A stretch of 64,000 nt of DNA, taken from contig CACPLH010000004.1 of the NCBI GenBank assembly GCA_902634765.1, positions 20,081 to 84,080 of the forward strand, given 5' to 3'. A program made the position numbers and the translations under genes. Each line of letters opens with the position of its first letter. Within the stretch, counting starts at the first letter, position 1. Below the pieces are notes generated by a model. That model was not told the origin of the DNA, made no database searches, and worked only from the letters and a program-made list of their open reading frames with translations. This document shows positions 58,480 to 64,000 of the stretch, piece after piece. Source of the DNA: an uncultured Pelagibacteraceae bacterium (GTDB taxonomy: Bacteria; Pseudomonadota; Alphaproteobacteria; Pelagibacterales; AG-422-B15).

Positions 58480-59691
58480 TTATTTGTGCATTTGATTTGT
58501 AGGTTTCTCGAAAATTATTAGTGAGAAAGAAAACGCTGATAGGATTGCAGTTGTTACAATCGTAATCGTAAATAAGTTTAAATTATACGCAAAAAGAAGT
58601 GCACCTAATGCTGGACCTACGGCAAAGCTAATGCTCCTTGAAAGGGCCATCCACCCTTTAGCTTGGCCATAAATTTGTGACTCAAAATACATATTGGTGA
58701 CATAACCATATGTTATTGTTAAAACACCGTGACCCATTCCGAAAAAAGCCATACTAATTGCGGCAACAAAAATATTATTTGTAAATTGAGCTGTAAAAAT
58801 TGAAAAAATTACAAACAAAAAGGCTATTAAGCCTGTATATCTTGCGTCGTAATGCTTTCCAATTTTCATTTCCAAGTATCTTCCTACAAGTTGAAACGGG
58901 CCATATATACTCGCAAGTACAACCGCGATACTAATGTCATTAAATGTTTCTGTAAAAAAATTTACTAATGCAAGGGTAAATGCTACAAAAAAGAAATTTT
59001 GTAAAGAAGAGGATATTGTAATATAAAAAAATGATTTCTTTTGTGTCTTCTTTAGCTCATTCCAATTAAATAATAACTTACTTTCATTTAAGTATTCTAT
59101 ATTTGATTTGTATTTCATTTCCTTTGAGGACACAAGTACATAGCCAATTAATAAAATAATTGAAGTAAATAAACACGTATAGAATAAGCCTACATTGTGT
59201 ATAAGTGGATAAATTGAAAGCCAGGTAATAGTGCTTGCTACCGCTCCATAAAAAGTAATTATTGAAATATTTTTTCTAGAATTGATTTCATCCATTTGGA
59301 CTGCCGCATTAAACGCTACCTCATAGGTTGACATACCAAGCCCCAAGGTAATTAGAAACATAGAAATAAACACCCACAATACATTTTTGAAAATAAATAA
59401 ATCAATCTCTGTTATTCCAATAAAAATTGAGCCTATCATACCTAATAACAGGCCGTATTTAATTACGATTAGGCTTCCATGATGGTCTGACCATTTTCCA
59501 ATCCGAGGCGCTAATAGGGCTTGAAATAACAGTGCTAAACTAAACATTGTGAGAATTAATTCCTCACTTAAATTGGTGTGCAGTGAGATATACTCTTTTA
59601 ATGGGGCAATAGTATAGAATAAAAATCCGTAACCAATGATTGTTACAATTCCAATAGTATGAACAGGAAATAAACTATTATTTTCTTTCAT
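58480..59691 (-). CDS. MFS transporter, ArsK-like
   Basis: About 12 TM; G.V.IIGYG.L.Y, I..IT.YG..AST..W, GPFQLVGR. Confidence 0.75.
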   Translation of the reverse strand: MKENNSLFPVHTIGIVTIIGYGFLFYTIAPLKEYISLHTNLSEELILTMFSLALLFQALLAPRIGKWSDHHGSLIVIKYGLLLGMIGSIFIGITEIDLFIFKNVLWVFISMFLITLGLGMSTYEVAFNAAVQMDEINSRKNISIITFYGAVASTITWLSIYPLIHNVGLFYTCLFTSIILLIGYVLVSSKEMKYKSNIEYLNESKLLFNWNELKKTQKKSFFYITISSSLQNFFFVAFTLALVNFFTETFNDISIAVVLASIYGPFQLVGRYLEMKIGKHYDARYTGLIAFLFVIFSIFTAQFTNNIFVAAISMAFFGMGHGVLTITYGYVTNMYFESQIYGQAKGWMALSRSISFAVGPALGALLFAYNLNLFTITIVTTAILSAFSFSLIIFEKPTNQMHK

Positions 59692-59786
59692 CTTGATGCC
59701 TGTTTAGTATTTGTTTTTATAAGTCATTGAATAAATTTGTTATTTTTACAATAGTTAAAAAATAGATTGTTTACCAATTTTTAAAT

Positions 59787-59825
59787 ATTACAAAAATGTT
59801 AAGAAATATTACAATAATATTACAT
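59787..59825 (-). promoter_or_regulatory. Putative Pho box array upstream of the MFS gene
   Basis: Minus strand ATGTAAT-atta-TTGTAAT-att-TCTTAAC-attt-TTGTAAT. Confidence 0.45.
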
Positions 59826-60168
59826 GAAACGATTCGTACTTTTAATGTTCATTTTTAAAATTCTGCTGAGCACAAACATCTATGCTGACGACTTTAAGAG
59901 TTGTATAGCTTATTTTCAAAACACTTCATCTCTAGAAATAGGGTACGATGAGACAATAATTAATTGTGAAATATATTTTAATACTCATCCTGGCAGTAAC
60001 TTCAATGAGTATAGTCTTTGTATGTTGCAGAATATTAAATCAGCTAAAAATATTGATGATTATTTTTATGAGTCAGACCAATGTGTGATTAATCACTGTT
60101 CTTCTAATATAGAAACTTTTTTTAATGGTAGTGATCCTGGCTTTTGTACGTTATTAGAAGAGGTGTAG
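59824..60168 (+). CDS. Small exported Cys-rich hypothetical protein
   Basis: Signal peptide (..NIYA/DD); six Cys including two C-x20-C units. Confidence 0.65.
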   Translation: MKRFVLLMFIFKILLSTNIYADDFKSCIAYFQNTSSLEIGYDETIINCEIYFNTHPGSNFNEYSLCMLQNIKSAKNIDDYFYESDQCVINHCSSNIETFFNGSDPGFCTLLEEV

Positions 60169-60606
60169 TTAAAAAATCTGCCACCATGACTTTTCTTTTT
60201 CATTTTCTGTCTCTTCTTGCAGTTCGTCTGACTCATTAACAATTCCAATTCTCATATCTTGTCCGGCAACATTGCCTTCTCTCGCTATAGTTTGAGCCTC
60301 TTTCAATTTCATTTTTGCAAGGACGTTTTGATTTTTATTACACAATTCCATTCCTTCAAGCATTAAATTATGTGCTTTCGTTGCTGAATCTGGGTCAGCT
60401 CGCTGTATATCGTTTTTAATTGATCCACGGAGCGTTAATATACTTAAATCTTCACAGTTTCCTATATTGCTCTCGTATGTACTTTCAGTATTGGTAGAAT
60501 AGTCACTTCCAGCTTGCCCAATTGTATTGTCTTCATGACTGTCTGCAAGAGCAAGAGATGATAACATGTACGACGTTATTAAAAAGAATTGAATAAATTT
60601 GATCAT
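60169..60606 (-). CDS. Small exported hypothetical protein
   Basis: Signal peptide (ALA/DSH), two Cys, acidic tail ending KSWWQIF. Confidence 0.65.
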   Translation of the reverse strand: MIKFIQFFLITSYMLSSLALADSHEDNTIGQAGSDYSTNTESTYESNIGNCEDLSILTLRGSIKNDIQRADPDSATKAHNLMLEGMELCNKNQNVLAKMKLKEAQTIAREGNVAGQDMRIGIVNESDELQEETENEKEKSWWQIF

Positions 60607-60660
60607 AATTAATTGTACAAATAGATTGTTAAAAAAATATTAAGGTCTCAAAAAAAAAAA

Positions 60661-62070
60661 TTATTTTTTTGCCATTTTTGCCAATTGTAATTCTGCTCCT
60701 AGCGTTTCATCACCAATCAAAGCTCTTCTTACTTTTGCGGACATTGTATCCATGAAAATAACAACTCCTAAAATCAATAATGACATATACATAACATTTT
60801 CCCAACTGGTACCCGTATTTATTGCTCCAAGTAATTGTAAACCTATGCCGCCTGCGCCCATGGCACCTATAATAACAGCTCCTCTCGTATTTGATTCTAA
60901 GTAGTAAAGAGTTTGGGAAATAAAAATAGGAAGTATTTGAGGTATAATTCCAAATCTGTGTTGAAGAGTTTTATTCGCTCCCGTAGACTCTACACCTTCT
61001 TGTTGCTTTTCTTCAGTGTTTTCTATTGCTTCAGACATTAATTTTCCAAGAGTTCCTGTATCTGTAATTGCAATAGCAAATATTCCAGTGAACGGTCCTG
61101 GTCCGAAGGCTCTTAAAAAAATTAAGCTCCAAATCAAAAAATCGATGCCTCTTAATGTATCAAATAACCGTCTTAATATCGTTCGAACAAATTTAAAAGG
61201 CGTTACATTGTAAGCTGCAAAAAATGCCAGAGGAAAACCCAGAAGAGCTGCTAGTAGGGTGCCCAATAGAGCCATAAAAATTGTCTCTAATAAAGCCCAC
61301 AATATTTGTCCATGATGCCACATATCATTATTTAGAAATTCTTGAATTAGAAGCGAAAAATTTGAAATATTGGGGTCAACTCTATCGCCTGAGAATGAAA
61401 GTGAAATAGCATTCCAAATTCCATATGGTTCTAAAGGACTGTCAAAGTCAAACCAGAAATAGTTCCAACCAAGATTGTACCTATGTACTTCAACTTTTTT
61501 TGAATAAACTTGAACTCTTTCGTAAAGAGATGGTCTAACCTCTATTTTATTTTCCGTTACCCTTATCCATTTTGGGAGATTATCTACATTTTCAACGTAA
61601 GGCTTACCTTGTGCATCAAGACGAAAAACAAGTGTTTCTTTGGTGTCTGGCCAGTTTTCTATTGTAACTTTATCATCGTATAGATTTGCAAACCCTCCAT
61701 TTTTAAAACTTATTTTTGTTTCACCCTCTGGACCTATGGAAGTCCATTCAGGATACCTTTCTGGAAGACCGTCACTTTTTTGATAGGGGCCAACATACTG
61801 AGACCACCTGCTTCCTTCAAAGGATATAATTATATCATCTGGTTCACTCCATTTCATTGTGACATGGTCTTTATGTGCATATGTGTCGAGGGCAAACAAA
61901 GAAGCTCTTTCAGGACTCCATTTTTTATGAATCTGCAATATGTCGAGGCTTAAAATTGCTATGATTAAATACACTATAATCCCGAGCACTAAAAAAGTTG
62001 ACCACATTTTAGATGAAAATTTAGTAACTACTATATCTGAATAATTTTTAATAATTTCAGACCTGTTCAT
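60661..62070 (-). CDS. phnE: Phosphonate ABC permease PhnE (long form with periplasmic domain)
   Basis: FGPGP, DTGTLGKL.SEAIEN, LYYLESNTR, GAGGIG; ATG at 62070 (ATGA overlap) preferred. Confidence 0.88.
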   Translation of the reverse strand: MNRSEIIKNYSDIVVTKFSSKMWSTFLVLGIIVYLIIAILSLDILQIHKKWSPERASLFALDTYAHKDHVTMKWSEPDDIIISFEGSRWSQYVGPYQKSDGLPERYPEWTSIGPEGETKISFKNGGFANLYDDKVTIENWPDTKETLVFRLDAQGKPYVENVDNLPKWIRVTENKIEVRPSLYERVQVYSKKVEVHRYNLGWNYFWFDFDSPLEPYGIWNAISLSFSGDRVDPNISNFSLLIQEFLNNDMWHHGQILWALLETIFMALLGTLLAALLGFPLAFFAAYNVTPFKFVRTILRRLFDTLRGIDFLIWSLIFLRAFGPGPFTGIFAIAITDTGTLGKLMSEAIENTEEKQQEGVESTGANKTLQHRFGIIPQILPIFISQTLYYLESNTRGAVIIGAMGAGGIGLQLLGAINTGTSWENVMYMSLLILGVVIFMDTMSAKVRRALIGDETLGAELQLAKMAKK

Positions 62071-62933
62071 GATTTCAATCCTATTAATGATTTTCGCCAA
62101 TAACTTGATAAGTAATCTAATGCAATGATCGTAGACACAAGTAAAAACATTATTGCAATAGTGTCAGCTTCATATTTCCACTGTATATTAGTGTAAAGTT
62201 GCTCACCGATACCTCCAGCGCCAACAAATCCCAAAATAGTTGAAGCCCTTATATTAATCTCAAATCTTAAAATTGTGTAAGTTAGAAATAGAGGGAGTGC
62301 CTGAGTTACCACACCAAATCTTATTCTGGTAAACCATGAAGCTCCACAGGACTCAAGACCTTCAATTGGATTTTTGTCGACATTCTCAATAGCTTCTGAA
62401 AACAATTTGCCAAGAGCTCCTGCGGTATGAATTATGATGGCAATTACAGCAGGCAGTGCTGACTTTCCCAGTAGATACAACAAAACAAGCGCAATAACTA
62501 ATTCTGGAAACGATCTGCATATATCCATGATGCGTCGAAATATTAATACAGTAGTTTTACTTTTGATTAGATTACGACTTGAAAAAATACTTAAAAAAAA
62601 GGCTAGCAACGTACCCATTGCTGTTGAAAATAGAGCCATATTAATAGTGCTTATTAAATCTGGAAGGTATTCAAGTAACAATAAATTCCATCTATAGCCG
62701 TATTCCCATGACCCAACAAATAGATCAACTGGGTAATCGAAAAATTTAGGTAATCCAACCCAGATGCTAGTCGCATTTCCTTTTTCTGCTACAATTAAAC
62801 CCGAATAAATAACTGCTATCAATGCCGCAATTGAGAGAAAAGAATAAATTGATCTTGTTCTTGTAAGAGATTTTAAATTATTTTCAATTTTAATTAAATT
62901 TTCTGGCAATGATGATTGCAATGTTTCCTCCAA
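62067..62933 (-). CDS. phnE: Phosphonate ABC permease PhnE
   Basis: RSFPELVIAL, GALGKLFSE, RFEINIRAS.ILGFVGAGGIG. Confidence 0.92.
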   Translation of the reverse strand: MEETLQSSLPENLIKIENNLKSLTRTRSIYSFLSIAALIAVIYSGLIVAEKGNATSIWVGLPKFFDYPVDLFVGSWEYGYRWNLLLLEYLPDLISTINMALFSTAMGTLLAFFLSIFSSRNLIKSKTTVLIFRRIMDICRSFPELVIALVLLYLLGKSALPAVIAIIIHTAGALGKLFSEAIENVDKNPIEGLESCGASWFTRIRFGVVTQALPLFLTYTILRFEINIRASTILGFVGAGGIGEQLYTNIQWKYEADTIAIMFLLVSTIIALDYLSSYWRKSLIGLKS

Positions 62934-62945
62934 ATAAACTGCTAA

Positions 62946-62975
62946 TTAAGAGGATGGGGCATGCCATCCTCTTAA
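62946..62975 (-). terminator. Strong hairpin between phnD and phnE
   Basis: TTAAGAGGATGG-6 nt-CCATCCTCTTAA, perfect 12-bp stem. Confidence 0.65.
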
Positions 62976-62997
62976 GTTAGCAAACAACTACCGAAAT

Positions 62998-63957
62998 TTA
63001 TTCGGATTTTTTAGCTTCAATTTTAGCTTTACGAGCAGCTACAATAGTTTCATAGAAACTATGGTCGACTGGCACCCAAGCTTTAACAACTCCATTTGCA
63101 ACATTCTCGCTGCATTGTGGGTCATTTTCATGGATCCACTGCTTCAAGCCTACCATGACCTGATGCGCTCTCACAGGCATATTAGTTGGCATTACAACCG
63201 GTCCATTTGGTATCAAAGCAGATGACCAAATCTGTTTGATGTCATCCATATTTAATAGTCCTTTATCAACCATTTTTCTCAGATTTCCAGAAGAGTAACC
63301 TTCGCTCCATTCACCAACTCCAGATACCCATGTCACACCTGCATCGATATCACCATTAAGAACTGCCAAAACGTTATTTTCATGACCACCTGAAAATTGT
63401 GTAGAGCCAAAGTATGAGTCTGGATCCATTCCTGCAGCTTTTAATTCGATTGATGGTATTAGATAACCAGATGTTGAATTAGGATCAGCCCATCCAAAAG
63501 ATTTACCTTTTAAATCATCAATTGAATTGATACCTGAGTCTGCTCTTGTAATCATGACTGAATAATAGCCCATATCTCCTGTTGGCTGCATTCTGGTTAA
63601 AATTGGTACAGTAGCGGTAGGATCTTCTAGATATATACCCGCATATCCTGATGAGCCAAACCAAGCATAGTCTAAGCTGCCACCAAGCATTGACTCCATT
63701 GTTCCTGCATAATCTTTAAAAGTATAAATTTTAGCTGGTACTCCATATGCAACTTCCGCATATTCCTTTAGACATGCATTATTCTTAATAATGTCTTGAG
63801 CTGATTCATCGCCTAAAAATCCAAGTCTCATTTCAGGTTGATATTTACTCAAGTCCATTGTTGGCCCTTTATAGCCAGATACATCCCATGCGTATGCATT
63901 TGCAGACACAAATAGGAATGAACAAGCAATAATAGACCTTACTAAATTTTTAATCAT
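62998..63957 (-). CDS. phnD: Phosphonate ABC substrate-binding protein
   Basis: DY.G, GYYSV, ADPNSTSGYLIP, FSGGHE, IPNGP; GGAG RBS. Confidence 0.92.
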   Translation of the reverse strand: MIKNLVRSIIACSFLFVSANAYAWDVSGYKGPTMDLSKYQPEMRLGFLGDESAQDIIKNNACLKEYAEVAYGVPAKIYTFKDYAGTMESMLGGSLDYAWFGSSGYAGIYLEDPTATVPILTRMQPTGDMGYYSVMITRADSGINSIDDLKGKSFGWADPNSTSGYLIPSIELKAAGMDPDSYFGSTQFSGGHENNVLAVLNGDIDAGVTWVSGVGEWSEGYSSGNLRKMVDKGLLNMDDIKQIWSSALIPNGPVVMPTNMPVRAHQVMVGLKQWIHENDPQCSENVANGVVKAWVPVDHSFYETIVAARKAKIEAKKSE

Positions 63958-64000
63958 TTTTAGTATATCTCCTTGTTAGTTGTTAAGTTTTTTTTTGAAA

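Noticed and set aside
327..62697. Many short antisense or nested ORFs in the track (e.g. 2586..2924, 10700..10963, 15902..16207, 21004..21408, 28906..29277, 47074..47343)
   Set aside because: They lie within well-supported genes on the other strand or frame and have no motifs; shadow ORFs

Overview
AT-rich (roughly 30% GC by eye), very gene-dense bacterial DNA. Gene content suggests a streamlined marine alphaproteobacterium (SAR11/HIMB59-like); this is inferred, not demonstrated. Four blocks are visible. (1) 0.1-21.7 kb: an acyclic-terpene/fatty-acid operon (atuA, ABC ATPase, acyl-CoA synthetase, two binding proteins, thiN, monooxygenase, crotonase), a large Calx-beta/S8 protease, typA, GST, a domain-inverted photolyase, yjbQ and a di-haem protein. 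(2) 21.75-30.4 kb, accessory: six tightly packed microproteins (four below the ORF-track cutoff), a CG-rich repeat-laden spacer, and a 7.3-kb segment bracketed by an exact 18-bp direct repeat and IHF-like sites. The segment carries a coupled operon of two paralogous small proteins, an 872-aa GHKL/MORC-like ATPase, an alpha-class SPPY DNA methyltransferase, a phage-like coiled-coil protein and an exported protein, with no recognisable nuclease. This is the best candidate for an undescribed defence/DNA-modification system. (3) 30.4-35.5 kb: the remaining ABC transporter genes, a repeated 4-TM domain pair and a haloalkane dehalogenase. (4) 35.5-64 kb: a phosphorus-starvation island (plcP-agt, sixA, ppk, ppx, phoR, TMEM164-like gene, pstSCAB-phoU-phoB, arsC-aquaporin, C-P lyase phnGHIJKLNM, phnF, ArsK-like MFS, phnDEE) with Pho boxes. 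No rRNA, tRNA, CRISPR array, integrase or transposase was seen. All family calls come from motif recognition, not database searches.
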